A DNA stretch of 64,000 bases from NCBI RefSeq assembly GCF_009914755.1, contig NC_060931.1; one strand, written 5' to 3'. Below are positions 38,864-57,278 of the stretch, piece by piece (positions within the stretch are counted from its first letter, which is position 1; each line of letters opens with the position of its first letter). Under the pieces are notes generated by a model. It made no database searches. It worked only from the letters and a program-made list of their open reading frames with translations, and had not been told where the DNA came from. The translations under genes were made by a program, and so were the position numbers. Source of the stretch: the human T2T-CHM13v2.0 reference genome, Homo sapiens.

Positions 38864-39592
38864 TTACTGCAACCTCCGCCTCCCAGGTTCATGCGATTCT
38901 TCTGCCTCAGCCTCTTGAGTAGCTGGGACTACAGGCATGCACCACCACGTCCAGCTAATTTTTGTATTTTTAGTAGAGACAGGGTTTCACCATATTGGCA
39001 AGGCTGGTCTCGAACCCCTGACCTCGTGATCCGCCTGCCTCAGCCTCCCAAAGTGCTGGGATTACAGGTGTGAGCTACTGTGCCCAGCCCTCATAAAATT
39101 TTTTAAAAAAGAAAGCAATCTCTCTCAAACGATGGAGTGCACATTCCAACTCAGATCTAATTCTAGATCCTATGTTATATCATTTAAGGGTAAAGGTTAA
39201 AATAGAAAATACTCCAAGCTGGATAAAATACAATAGTTAGAACTATCACACCCTTCATGCATTAAAAAAGAGCTATAAAGCCGGGCACAGTGGCTCATGC
39301 CTGTAACCTGAACACTTTGGGAGGCCAAGGCAGGTGGATCACGAGGTTAGGAGTTCAAGACCAGCCTGGCCAAAATGGTGAAACCCCGTCTCTACTAAAA
39401 ATATAAAAATTAGCCAGGTGTGGTGGTGGGCACCTATAATCCCAGCTGCTTGGGAGGCTGAGGCAGAGAACTGCTTGAACCCGGGAGGCGGAGGCTGCAG
39501 TGAGCTGAGATGGTGCCACTGCACTCCAGCCTTGGTGACAAAGCGAGACTCCATCTCAAATTAAAAAAAAAAAAAAAAAAAAAAAAGAGCTA

Positions 39593-40033
<441 letters not shown>

Positions 40034-40993
40034 TCACCTCCCAGACTTCAGTTTTTATGTCTGCACAGTAAAAAGATTATGTGTTTTCAAAGTGTAAAGA
40101 AGAATGTGGGAAATTATTAAATGTATAGTTGAGTTCACCATTTTTACAGTATTGTATATGTTGCAGTTTAGCGTCTCAATGCTCACACTCATACAACTAT
40201 CTTTTTTTTTTTTTCAGAGACAGGGTCTCACTCTGTTACCCAGGCTGGAGTGCAGTGGCGTGATCATAGTTCACTGCAGCCTCAATCTCCTTCCTAGGTT
40301 TAAGCGATCCTCCTGCCTCAGCCTCCAAAGTTGCTGGGACTACAGGTGGGCACCATCACACCTGGCTAATTTTCTTAGTTTTTGTAGAAACAGGGTCTTG
40401 CTATGTTAACCAGTCTGGTCTTAAATTCCTGGCCTTAAGAGATAGATCCTCCTGCCTCAGCCTCCCAAAGCCCTAGGATTATGGGCATGAGCCACTGCAC
40501 CCAGCCACAAGTATCTTTTTTATCCCACATTATCTCATATGAAGCCATTTACTTGAACCTCATAAATCCTTTTTATTCATTAATTTATCCGTCTTCCTGT
40601 AATTTTTATCTCTTCTTAAATTATCTCATTACCACAGGCATAAAATACTTGGCATTTATCTGTAAATATCTCTCATTTTATTCCAGGGTTTCCAAAACCA
40701 CATTCTTCCTCCCTGTTTTTGGACATGTTCCAAAGACAACTAGTTTTCAAGATAAAAATCTTTCCCTCTTCTACCAAAGGATTTATAATCAAGTTAATGG
40801 TCACTGCAGTGACATGACATTAACACTGATGAACAGAGCACAAATCAGAACCTTAAACAATGAACAAGGCAGTTGATCCTGACAGCTAGAAAGCAGCAAG
40901 ATACTGTTGACTTAACTTTTATAAAAGTATTGTTTCCGGGTCACCTTCTTAGGCAGAGACTCGAAATCAAACACTAATAGAAGAATGGTGTCA

Positions 40994-41706
<713 letters not shown>

Positions 41707-42239
41707 TGAGATAATTTATATGGAGTTCTTAGTATAGAGCCTAGTATCCAAGAAACATCAAACAAACTGAAAAGAAATCATTTAAGCACCAAAGCACTGA
41801 AGACATTCCCTTCAACAACTGTTATATATATTTATGTATGTATAAATTTGTGTAAAGGTAGAAATAAACCGGTGGACAAAAAGATAACAACTGAATGATT
41901 TTGCTCACCCCAGGAACCACTCCTCCCTATAAACTATAAACTTTTCAGTAAGAGTTACCACGAGATAGCCTACCATCTTACATTTCAAAAAAACACTAAA
42001 AACTCCGGGGACACATTCCCATTATCTCCTGTCAAAACTGAGAATAAACAGAACACACCCTGCGAAGAATAAGGAGGGAATGACGAATAATTTGACCAAA
42101 TTCCTTGACTGAGTTCATGCTAGTTACCAGAAAACAAAACCAGTCACTCACTGAGACCACGCTTCTTCTCTGACCTCTATACATCCTTTCCAAAGAGCTT
42201 CCTTCCCCACCTACCTGAAAAGCATCCCCTCTCCCCTGG

Positions 42240-42850
42240 TCCGAACGACAAGCCCTTTTCTGATCAAGTCAGAATCTCCCAGACCCACGGCCGGAGGACA
42301 GGCGGGCGAGGAGCACAAAAGCCTCTGCCGCATGGATCGGGGCCGGGCCGCAGGGTCCCCCGGGGGTCCTTCTCCTCCCCATCCACCCCATCGCAGCCTC
42401 CCCGTGACGGCCGGGACCCCAGGCCCGGGCCCAGGGAGGAGAAGGAGGGGGCGAGCGGCCGACCCTGCCTGGGCGCCCCACCCAAGGGGGGCCGCCACCT
42501 ACATCTCCCCACCGCCCTCCCGACCCGGGAAGCCCCTCGGATTGGACCCGCCCCCGCCCCAGCAGGTCTTCGGCCCCACGCATCACCGCTTGCGCACCCG
42601 AGATCCGCAGTGGTCGCCGCTCTCCAGCCCCGGCTCCGCTCGCCGGGTCAGCTTGGCTCCGCTGCCCGCCTCCCCCGCCGCCAGCTCACCCCTGGCGGTG
42701 CGACCAGGGTTTCCGGACGCCCACGTGACCCTCCCGTCGCGGGGCACGCTGGGAGTTGTAGTCCCGCCACGCGGCCTCACCTGCCGGCGCGGAGGAGGGC
42801 GAGGAGGGCGGAGGCTGGGAGCCCACAGAACTCTGCTGCTGCGGACCTGG
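42240..42850. promoter_or_regulatory. SLC37A3: CpG island / SLC37A3 promoter
   Basis: Only extended non-repeat GC- and CpG-rich stretch in the window; GC boxes, E-box CACGTGAC (42722-42729), ZNF143/THAP11-type motif GACTACAACTCCCAGC on minus strand (42748-42763). Confidence 0.9.
42598..42735 (-). other. SLC37A3: SLC37A3 probable non-coding exon 1 (5' end approximate)
   Basis: Lies in the CpG island upstream of exon 2. Candidate donor TCGG|GTGCGC (AC at 42596-42597 on +). Other donor-like sites exist (GGG|GTGAGC near 42690, CAG|GTAGGT at 42215), so the boundaries are inferred. Confidence 0.6.
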
Positions 42851-43717
42851 CCAGTAATGTTAGCTGCAAAAGACGAGAGGTAGAGAGAAGAAATGATATG
42901 GGGAGAACTGGTGCATCCTTTTTTTTTTTTTTTTTTTTTTTTTTCAAAAAAGCGGTATTCGGTCTTTGTTTTTATAAAAAGTAACGTGCTGCTAAGTGTG
43001 CTACTGACCGGCCTAAATTTTAGGTGTCTAATTAAATGCAGGCCGGGCACAGTGGGCTCACGCCTGTAATCCAACACTTTAGGAGGTCGAGAAGGGAGGA
43101 TCACTTGAACCCAGTAGTTCAAGACCAGCCTTAGCAACATAGCCAGACCCCATCTCTACAAAAAATGTTAAAATTAGCCAGGAGTAGTGGCATGTGCCTG
43201 TGGTCCCTGCTACTGGGGCGACCGAGGTGCGAGGATCGCTTGAGCCCAAAAGTTTGAGGCTGGCAGCTGTGATTGCTCCACTGCACCAGCCTGGGCAACA
43301 GAACGAGACCCTGCCTCCAAAAAAAAAAAATCCAACACAAGTGTCTCACACCTGTAATCCTAACACTTTGGGAGGCCGAAGTAGGAGCATCATTTGAGAA
43401 CAAGAGTTTGAGACCAGCCTGGGCAAGGTAGTGAGAGCCGCCCCCCATCCACCACCACCACCGCCGCCACCGTTTCTTAAATAAAGGGAAAAAATACAGA
43501 CACTTGTTCGAATTTTAAAGAAAAAAAACTTCTCTTAATCCAGAAAATCTCCACAACAACCATTACATACCTGTTCTCAAGATAAACAATCACTAGTCTT
43601 CAAATAACAGAACTTGACAACACCTTTTGTCAAACATAGTTCCTCCTTACTTAATAGTAGTAATTGGGGAGACCACTCATGTTGGCTTTATCCAGAAGCA
43701 AAACAAACTTCGCATAA

Positions 43718-44002
<285 letters not shown>

Positions 44003-44519
44003 TGATCTGCCCTCCTTGGCCTCCCAAAGTTCTAGCATTACAGGTGTGAGCCACCGCAGCCGGCCAAAGTTCGCATATCTTTATAGCAGGAGGTAGTTTT
44101 ACAAATTGGAGCAAGGCGCCCATACCCACTAATTTAGTCTCTTACCCTCATGTAGGAACTGGAAGATACAGGCACTAACTCACGTCTGAATTTCAAAAAG
44201 ATGACCCCCAAGTCCTTGAGGATACATTTCTGAGTTGTGATACTGGCAAGAGGCTCATTTCGCCGTTATAAAGATTTGTGTACATTCGAAAAGGACAGAG
44301 AAAGAAATTTTGAAGGAACAGAGAGAAGGCTGAGAAGTCTCTTTATTTTCAGCAGAGGAATTAAGCCTGTTATTTTTCATTTTTATTTGCCCTTATACAG
44401 TGGTAGTTTTGTTTCTAGCCCTTATACAGTGGTAGTTTTGTCTCTAGGCATCCAAGGAGAAATATGATGTCAGGGTGAGCAAAAATAAATGAGCCAAATA
44501 TGTTACTTTTATTTTTAAA

Positions 44520-44890
44520 AATATATTGTGAATCGTTTATTTTTCAGCCTAAAAAAGGTAGCAAATTCTGACACATACTACAACATAGACGAACCTTCAA
44601 AAACATTATGCTAAGTGAAATAAGTCAGACATAAAAGGACCAGTACAGTACAGTTCCACTTATATGAGGTAGCCAGAGTAGTGAAATTCATAGAGTCAGA
44701 AAGTAGCATGGTGGTTGCCCATGGCTGGAGGGAAGGGGAAATGAGAAATTGTTGTTTAATGGCTATGGAGTTTCCGTTTGGGATGCCAAAAAAGTCCTGG
44801 AGATGGATGGTGATGTTGGTTGCACAACAATGTATTTAATGCCATTGAATTGTACACTTAAAAACGGTTAAAATGGTAAATATATATACA
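44520..44890 (+). mobile_element. Old L1 (L1MB-like) 3' end
   Basis: AACATTATGCTAAGTGAAATAAGTCAGACA ... GTACACTTAAAAACGGTTAAAATGGTAAAT, typical L1M 3'UTR. Confidence 0.8.
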
Positions 44891-45078
44891 TAGAGTGAAA
44901 TACATAGTTTTTTGTGTTATATTTACATATGGGTGTATACATATATATGTGTGTGTGTATACTTCAAGTATATAACCTGTGTCACCACCACTCAGGGCTA
45001 GAATGCCTTCTTAGCCATGTGGTGGTGTGTATCTTTAATCCCAGCTACTAGGGAGGTTGAGGTAGGAGGATCACTTCA

Positions 45079-45697
<619 letters not shown>

Positions 45698-46223
45698 TTA
45701 TCTCAGGAAAAAAAAAAAAAAGTAACCATTACCAGAAGAAAGACAACATTTGGACACTGAACTTCATGACACTGACACCTAACAGGTTTTATTTCCTGAT
45801 CACACATTTGGGGCGAATCTTTACCTACACTGGATTTCCACATTGTGCTGGTGGTTCTCACCCTGCAGCAATATTTGGCAGAGTCTTTTGTTTTCTTGCT
45901 ATACCTGCCAGTGTTGAGTTTATCTCACTCAGAAGAGAGTATCCTGAAAATGGATATGTAACTGGAATTTTGGGTAAGACAAATATTTTCAAATTTATCT
46001 GAAGACATCATAGAAGTAATGTTCTTGGACAGTGAATAAATTGCCCTGTATTTCAGTGCTTCTCAAACGTTGCGGACCCCAGCCTACAGTTAAAAAGACA
46101 TTTCAGGCCAGGCACGGTGGCCCACGCCTGTTATCCCAGCACCTTGGGAGGCTGATGTGGGAGGATTGCTTGATCCCAGGAGTTCGAGACCAGTCTGGGT
46201 AACAAAGTGAGGCCCTGGCTCTA

Positions 46224-46406
<183 letters not shown>

Positions 46407-47065
46407 TTACATCACCCTGTAAAATATGCATGTGTACAACTGACCCAAACATTTTGCAAAACAGTAGTCACTGTTACTACACAAGATACATTCTGAAGTT
46501 GTTTCTTAATCCCTTCTTGTGAAAATGCTGGTTGCAACCCACAAAGGTTGATTTCATGACTCATTTATAGGTCTCAGCCCACAGTTTGGAAACAGAACAC
46601 CGATGTAAATATTTTATCCAACAGGGTGTCTCTGTTTCAATTTTGCTTATTGTGTCTATAATGCCATTTAACTGCCTACATATCACATCCTATGTAGTGG
46701 AGAAAATCTGGTCCCTGTGATAGACATTGGGAGGCAGTTACTGTTCTAGACTCTGGGGAAAAAATAGTAAGGAAAATTCACCTCAGCTTTATGCTTCTAC
46801 TGCCAGCATCTGGGACTGATAAACTTGAGGTTTTCTGGACGTCAACCTTTGCTCTATGGTAGAATTTTTGAGGGAGTGAGGCAGACATTTTCTTTTCAGC
46901 TTTTTCTTCTCATATACCTTCAAAGTTCTTTTAGTTTTGTTTTTGCTTCCTTCTCTTTGCATCATCTCCTTTCTCTGACTCCTCACAAAGAGATATTCAG
47001 ATCTACAAAACAAAGACTTAAATTACTTACAATCTGGCCAGGTACGGTGGTTTCATGCCTTGTAA

Positions 47066-47623
<558 letters not shown>

Positions 47624-48239
47624 CTAAAAAATATGTATATATAATAAAATAAATTACTTAAGATCTATATCCTCCTTTAGTTGGTGTTATCTCAACTAAC
47701 AACCCTCAGGCCAGCTGTAGTCCCAGATATTCAGGAGGCTGAGGCAGGAGGATTGCTTGAGCCCGGGAGGTTGAGGCTGCAGTGAGCCATGAATGGTGCC
47801 ACTGCACTTCAGCCTGGGTGACAGAGTGAGACCTTGTCTCCAAAAAAAAAAAAAAAATTTTTTTTTTACATCACCCAGTACAATATGCACATGTACAACT
47901 GACCCAAACATTTTGCAAAACAGTCGCTGTTACTACATGAGATACATTCTGAAATTGTTTCCTAACAAGGGACACCAGGACAAATTGAGAGCAAAGGACG
48001 CAAAAGCCCACAAGACAAGGTAAAGTAGAAGAAAGGAGCAGGGGCAGTGTCGTATGGGCCAGCACTGGTTTAATTCACTGGCTGTTCCTTCCTGTGAGGG
48101 CTTTCCGCTAGGCCGGCGAAGGCTGGTGAGAAAGCCGGCTCTGCGCCCTGCCCTGTGCTGGCCGCCCTCACCTGGCGCTTTGTACCCTGAGGCAGCTCCG
48201 GACTCAGGGCAGGTGGGAGGGATTGCACTTTCCTTTCAC

Positions 48240-48397
48240 TTTCTCAGGACGCCAAACCCGACACCTGGGGCCAGAACTACACTTCCCACCAAGCAGCGAG
48301 GCAGGAGGAAGAAGGGGGCACTGGGGGGCTGAAAAGCAAACCCAGAAGAAAGCGAAAACATTACCTGCTGACCAGCAGAGGTGAGAGAGCGAGACAG
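48240..48397 (+). other. RAB19: RAB19 probable non-coding exon 1 (start approximate)
   Basis: Moderately CpG-rich unique region ending in consensus donor CAG|GTAAGC (GT 48398-48399); a second donor GAG|GTGAGA at 48380/48381. TSS not determinable from sequence. Confidence 0.6.
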
Positions 48398-49269
48398 GTA
48401 AGCGACAGGTGAACCAGGAAGGCGAAGGCTGCGGGATGCCGGCGGGAGGACATCATCGGGGTGGACGCTGCCTGTGCCTCCCAGCAAGGCTTGTAGGCTC
48501 AATGAAAGGGGGCTTTAGTGGAAACCCTGAGGACTCCTGAGGGTGGGGGGAGACATGGAAGTAAAGTCTCAGCTCAAGTTACAGTGATAAGACCAAGACA
48601 CCGGAAGTGGAATGGCTGTCTTTAGTTGAAAAGTCAGACAGGAAAAAAGTGGTTTGATTGTGTCTGTTGTCTGCTGGATCATCTACCCATATGTGATTTC
48701 AGAGAGGTCCAAGAGAGGTATGGGATCCTTCTTCATCGCCTTAAAGCCCTGGGTTTTTGCATGCAGATTGGACATTTGAGTGCATTTTACCTTGTGTGAT
48801 GAGACAGTGTCCTTGTCTATGACTTTAGAGAAAACCAAAGTAAAACGGAGAGGTGAAGAAGGATGTCACAAGGCAGGGGCAATTTGCAGCACATCAAATG
48901 TAATCATTAAGTGGGATCAGGTTTCAGTTACTTTTAGAGCAATTGGATGAGGAGTCCGAACACACTCTCAGGAAGAACAGTTAAAGAGGATGGGGATATT
49001 CTCCTTGGGGGAATATTCTTGCTGCTTCAAATATCTGATGGGCTGTCATGTGGAACAGGAATGTGATGTGTCTTGGCAGAGTAAGGATAGCACGGAGCTA
49101 GACAGATGGAAACCTCATGGAGGGAGGTGTCAATCCCACAGAAGTGAGAGCTGCCCAGTGCAAAATGGAAATTTTTCAGGAGGTAGTCAGTTCCTTGTGA
49201 TCAGAGATATTTAAGCATAGGTGGACATTTAAGCCAGGGATGCTGATGGTGGGAGTAAGTTTCAGGTAG

Positions 49270-49612
<343 letters not shown>

Positions 49613-51082
49613 TGATCTTGAACTCCTGACCTCAAGTGATCCGCCTGCCTCAGCCTCCCAAATTGCTTGGATTACAGGTGTGAGCCACTGCCCCTGGCCT
49701 ATTTCTTATTATTTTAATAGAGATGGGCGGGGAGGGGGGGCGCAGGGCTCTCATTATATTGCCTAGACTACTTTCAACCTCCTGGCGTCAAGTGATCCTT
49801 CTGCCTCGGCCTGCCAAAGTGCTAGGATTACAGGCATGAGCGACTGCGGCCTGGCGCACTAAACATATTTTAAAGTTAAAAACACAAAACACAAAACCTG
49901 GCCCAGTGCAGTTTTGAGATCATACCACTGCACTCCAGCCTCGGTGACAGAGCGAGACTCTGTCTCAAAAAAAAAAAAAAAAAAAGAATACTAAGAAATA
50001 ATTTTTAAAAGAACAAGGTAAAATATGTTTAGCAAGTCTGGGATGAGCTCCAAAAATATATTTTTTCAATGATATTCCCAGATAATTCTGATAATCAGTT
50101 AGTTTGTGAAACATTGTCATTAAAAACCTTTATTTTCCAGCCGGGCATGGTGGCTCATGCCTGTAATCCCAACACTTTGGGAGGTCAAGGCGGGCAGATC
50201 ACCTGAGGTCAAGAGTTCCTAACCAGCCTGGCCAACATGGCAAAACCCTGTATCGACTAAAAATACAAAAATTAGCCAGGCGTGGTGGCAGGCACCTGTA
50301 ATCCCAGCTACTTGGGAGGCTGAGGCAAGAGAATCGCTTGAACCCAGGAGGCGGAGGTTGCAGTGCAGTGAGCCAAGACCACACCATTGCATTCCAGCCT
50401 GGGCAAGAAGAGTGAAACTCTGTCTCAAAAAAAAAAAAAAAAAAAAAGGAAATATATATTTTTCAATGATACTCTCAGATAATTCTGATAATCAGTTAGT
50501 TTGTGAAACACTGTCATTAGAAACCTTAATTTTCTGGCGGCGCGTGATGGCTCAGGCCTGTAATCCCAGCACTTTGGGAGACTGAGGCAGGTAAATCACT
50601 TGAGGTCAGGCATTCGAGACCAGCCTGACCAACATGGTGAAACCCCGTCTCTACTAAAAATACAAAAATTACCTGGGTGTGGTAGTGCAGGTCTATAGTC
50701 CCAGCTACTCGGGAGGCTGAGGCAGGAGAATCGTTTGAACTGGAAGGCAGAGGTTACAGTGAGCTGAGATCATGCCATTGCACTCCAGCCTGGGCGACAC
50801 AGCGAGACTCTTTGTCTCAAAAAAAAAAGAAAAAAAAAAACCTTTGGTAAAATATGCCATAACCAGCCTTTGGTAAAATATGCCATAACATTATAGCCAT
50901 GGTTTTAATTTTGAATATTCTCAAAATCCTAATTTCCTGGTCAAAAAAATTAGGCTCCAAACAGAACAAAAAGGTCATGTCACTCTTCCCCAAGCTGACT
51001 TACCAATCACCTCTTATCAGTCCTCGTTGCTAGCTACCTGGATGGTCAGTAGTTTTTTGTTTTTTGGGTGTTTTTTTTTTGA

Positions 51083-51241
<159 letters not shown>

Positions 51242-51824
51242 TAGTAGAGATGGGGTTTCTCCACGTTGGTCAGGCTGGTCTCAAACTCCCAACCTCAGGT
51301 GATCCACCCACCTTGGCCTTCCGAAGAGCTGGGATTACAGGCATGAGCCATCGTGCACGGCCTGGATGGTCAGTCTTACAGCAGTTGGGAATCTTTCTCC
51401 CCAGGTGAAATTGACACTAGTGGGACCTCCAATGGCAGGTGAGTCACTGCTGTGGGCATTTCCTCTGCCATTCTCCTGCTCTCCGGGCACTCTGATGGAG
51501 CATGTGGCACCTCGTCTCCAGGCCTAGGATATATCACTGCTTTTATCTGATGGTGTTGACCGTCCACTGGACCCACCAGAGAATGGCAGTAGAACCTCTT
51601 TATTCCAAGAGCACCCCTAAAGTAAGATCAACACACGTAGGGCAGATGTCAGCTTATGGGGACAACTCCTCTGTGCCCGACTAGCATCATTAGCATCGTC
51701 CTCTCACAAGGATGTAGCACTGTGAAGGTAATGACCTCCCTTCGTCTTGTCTTGTACTGGATCCCCAGTTCCTGGTGCTGAATTCCATCCTTTCTTCCTA
51801 GTTCTGTTCTAGGTGGCAAGAACC

Positions 51825-52025
51825 ATGCACTTCTCCAGCTCAGCCAGGGCAGCAGATGAGAACTTTGACTATTTGTTCAAGATTATCCTCATTGGGGATT
51901 CCAATGTGGGGAAGACGTGTGTGGTGCAGCATTTCAAGTCTGGAGTCTACACTGAGACACAGCAGAACACGATTGGAGTGGACTTTACCGTGCGTTCCCT
52001 TGATATTGACGGCAAAAAAGTGAAG
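51825..52025 (+). CDS. RAB19: RAB19 exon 2 coding part ([31 protein letters not shown]...NTIGVDF...DGKKVK)
   Basis: ATG 51825; Rab G1 GDSNVGKT and switch I TIGVDF; 201 nt ending at AAG|GTCAGA; acceptor AG at 51800-51801 (alternative at 51811-51812). Confidence 0.95.
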
Positions 52026-52064
52026 GTCAGAGGGCACCGGGACGGGACTGGTTCCACCTTTTTT

Positions 52065-52361
<297 letters not shown>

Positions 52362-52439
52362 AGTTCCACCTTTTTTAGCCAGAATTCCCAACAACAAAGC
52401 ACATGTCTGAGCAATAAAAGATTTCAGTACAAAACATGA

Positions 52440-53118
<679 letters not shown>

Positions 53119-53239
53119 TAGAGACAGGATTTTCCTGTGTTGCTCAGGCCAGTCTCAAACTCCTGGGCTCAAACAATCCTCCCACTTCACCCTCCCAAAG
53201 TGCCGGGATTACAGGCGTGAGCCACCAAACCTGGCCTTA

Positions 53240-53572
<333 letters not shown>

Positions 53573-53982
53573 TCAAAAATGCCATAAACTGCCAGGCACG
53601 GTGGCTCATGCCTGTAATCCCAGCACTTTTGGAGGCCGAGGCAGGCGGATCACCCAAGGTCAGGAGTTCAAGACCAGCCTGGCCAACGGGGGGAAACCCC
53701 ATCTCTACTAAAAATACAAAAAAATTAACCGGGCGTGGTGGCACATGCCTGTAATCCCAGCTGGTCAGGAGGCTTGAGGCATGAAAATTACTTGAACCCA
53801 GGAGGCAGAGGTTGCAGTGAGCTGAGATCACACCATTGCACTCCAGCCTGGGAGTCAGAGCAAGACTCTGTCTCAAAAAGATAAAATAGGCTGGGCGTGG
53901 TGGCTCACGCCTGTAATCCCAGCACTTTGGGAGGCCGAGGTGGGTGGATTACGAGGTCAGGAGATTGAGACCATCCTGGCTA

Positions 53983-54213
<231 letters not shown>

Positions 54214-54490
54214 TTAAAAAATACTTCAAAGAAATCAACAGAAAGGGCTAGATGAAGCAAGTAACAAAATCTCATTAATTATTGAATCTGGGTGATAGGT
54301 GTATGAGGTTCTTTTTTTATGTTTTTGAGACAGGGTCTCACTTTGTTGCCCAGATGGAGGGCAGTGGCGCATGATCTCAGCTCGCTATAGCCTCGACTTC
54401 CTGTGCTCAAGGAATCCTCCTGCCTCAGTCTCCCAAGTAGCTGGGACTACAGGCATGCGCCACCATGCCCAGCTAATTTTTGTATTTTTC

Positions 54491-54806
<316 letters not shown>

Positions 54807-55416
54807 TTTTTGTATTTTTCGTACAGATGGGGTTTCACCACATTGCCCAGGCTGGTCTCAAACCCCTGAGCTTAAGCGATCGCCACCTCAGCCTCCCAAA
54901 GTGCTGGGATCACAGGCATGAGCCACTGCACCCAGCCTCATTTTTCTATTATCTCTAGCTTTGGTGTATGTTTGCAAACTTTCTCTAAAAAATAAATTTT
55001 ATATAAATAGTATGAGAATATGAAGAAATTGCTACCCTCAGACACTGTGAGAGGCTATGTGAATTGGTGCTGCCGCTTGGGTGGCTAATTTGGGAGGTAT
55101 TATTGTGAGAACATTCCAAACATGAACAGCTTGAGTGTTCCTTTAAAATCAGAACAGTTCGGCCAGTATTATCACCTTTGCCAGTATTCAGATCCACGGG
55201 CAGACTCAAAAGATGAGCCCCCAAATCTGGACCAAGTGATGAGTCAGGAGAAAAGGCAAAGAACACAAGACCCCAGGATAAAATAGGCCCACCTCTCGGC
55301 CGGGCGCAGTGGCTCACGCCTGTAATCTCAGCACTTTGGGAGGCCGAGGCCGGCAGATCACAAGGTCAGGAGATCGAGACCATCCTGGCTAACACGGTGA
55401 AACCCCGTCTCTACTA

Positions 55417-55843
<427 letters not shown>

Positions 55844-56055
55844 TCTTAGATGGTCGTTCCCCAACCATGGAGGATATCCAAGTCATCCAGCGAGCAACTG
55901 AAAGAATAGATCCCTGGGTCCCACCCCAGATCTACTGGGTCTGAATATCTAGAAGTGAGACCCAGAAAACTGTGTTTTTAAGAAGATGTAGGTGAAGGAG
56001 TTCCCATTACCTGTGGGAACCCCTGATTTGGACTCTCCTTCCTGTCCTTCTCCAG

Positions 56056-56239
56056 ATGCAGGTGTGGGACACAGCTGGCCAGGAGCGCTTCCGCACCATC
56101 ACCCAAAGCTACTACCGCAGTGCCCACGCAGCCATCATCGCCTATGACCTCACCCGGCGGTCCACGTTCGAGTCCATCCCTCACTGGATTCATGAGATAG
56201 AGAAATATGGAGCTGCAAATGTGGTCATTATGCTGATTG
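56056..56239 (+). CDS. RAB19: RAB19 exon 3 ([28 protein letters not shown]...VVIMLIG)
   Basis: Strong acceptor ccttctccag, G3 WDTAGQE plus RabF motifs, donor TTG|GTATGG, 184 nt in phase with exon 2. The G4 NKxD exon was not found in the window. Confidence 0.96.
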
Positions 56240-56414
56240 GTATGGCATTTTTGAAGTTTTTAACTTTTGTTTACTCTCCTCTGAGGATGCTCAGCTTTCT
56301 GCATGTTTCTAATGACAGTGGAAAATGAAATCTTAAAAGTGTAAGTGATGCAGCCGGGCACAGTGGCTCACACCTGTAATCCCAGCACTTTGGGAGGCTG
56401 GGGCGGGCGGATCA

Positions 56415-56720
<306 letters not shown>

Positions 56721-57278
56721 TTAATTTTTTGTAAAGACGGGGTTTTGCCATGTTGCCCAGGCTGGTCTCGAACTCCTGGGCTGAAGTGATCCCCCTGCCT
56801 GGCCCTCCCAAAGTGCTGGGATTACAGGCATGAGCCATTGTGCCTGGCCCTTTATTTTTATTTTTGACATCTCTACTGCAGAGTGAACAGGTGAGTTTTG
56901 TTTTTTAATTTTTTATGGGTATCTAGTAGGTATATCTATTTATTGGGTACAGTGGGTTCTTAAAAAGAAAGAAGAGGCAATTTCTAAGTGTTTACCAATA
57001 ATTTACATTAAAATACATAAACATAGATGGGGCGTGGTGGTTCATGCCTGTAATCCCAGCACTTTGGAGGGCGAGGCAGGTAAATTGCTTGAGCCCAGGG
57101 TTTCAAGACCAGCCTAAGCAACATGGCAAAACCTCATCTCTACAAAAAATAAAAAAAATTAGCTGAGCGTGGTGGTGCACACCTGCAGTCCCAGCTACTC
57201 AGGAGGCTGAGGTGGGAGGATTGCTTGAGCCCAGCAGGCAGAGGTTACAGTAAGCTGAGACTATACCATTGCACTCCA

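Noticed and set aside
40038-40060. Possible 23-nt SLC37A3 micro-exon (gcag| ... GAG|GTGAGT on minus strand)
   Set aside because: Strong donor but within MIR-like sequence, short pyrimidine tract and no independent support.
42211-43140. 100-185 aa ORFs on both strands over the CpG island
   Set aside because: Stop-poor GC-rich promoter DNA; low-complexity products with no recognisable family.
55978-56193. Minus-strand ORF overlapping RAB19 exon 3
   Set aside because: Antisense shadow of a real coding exon.
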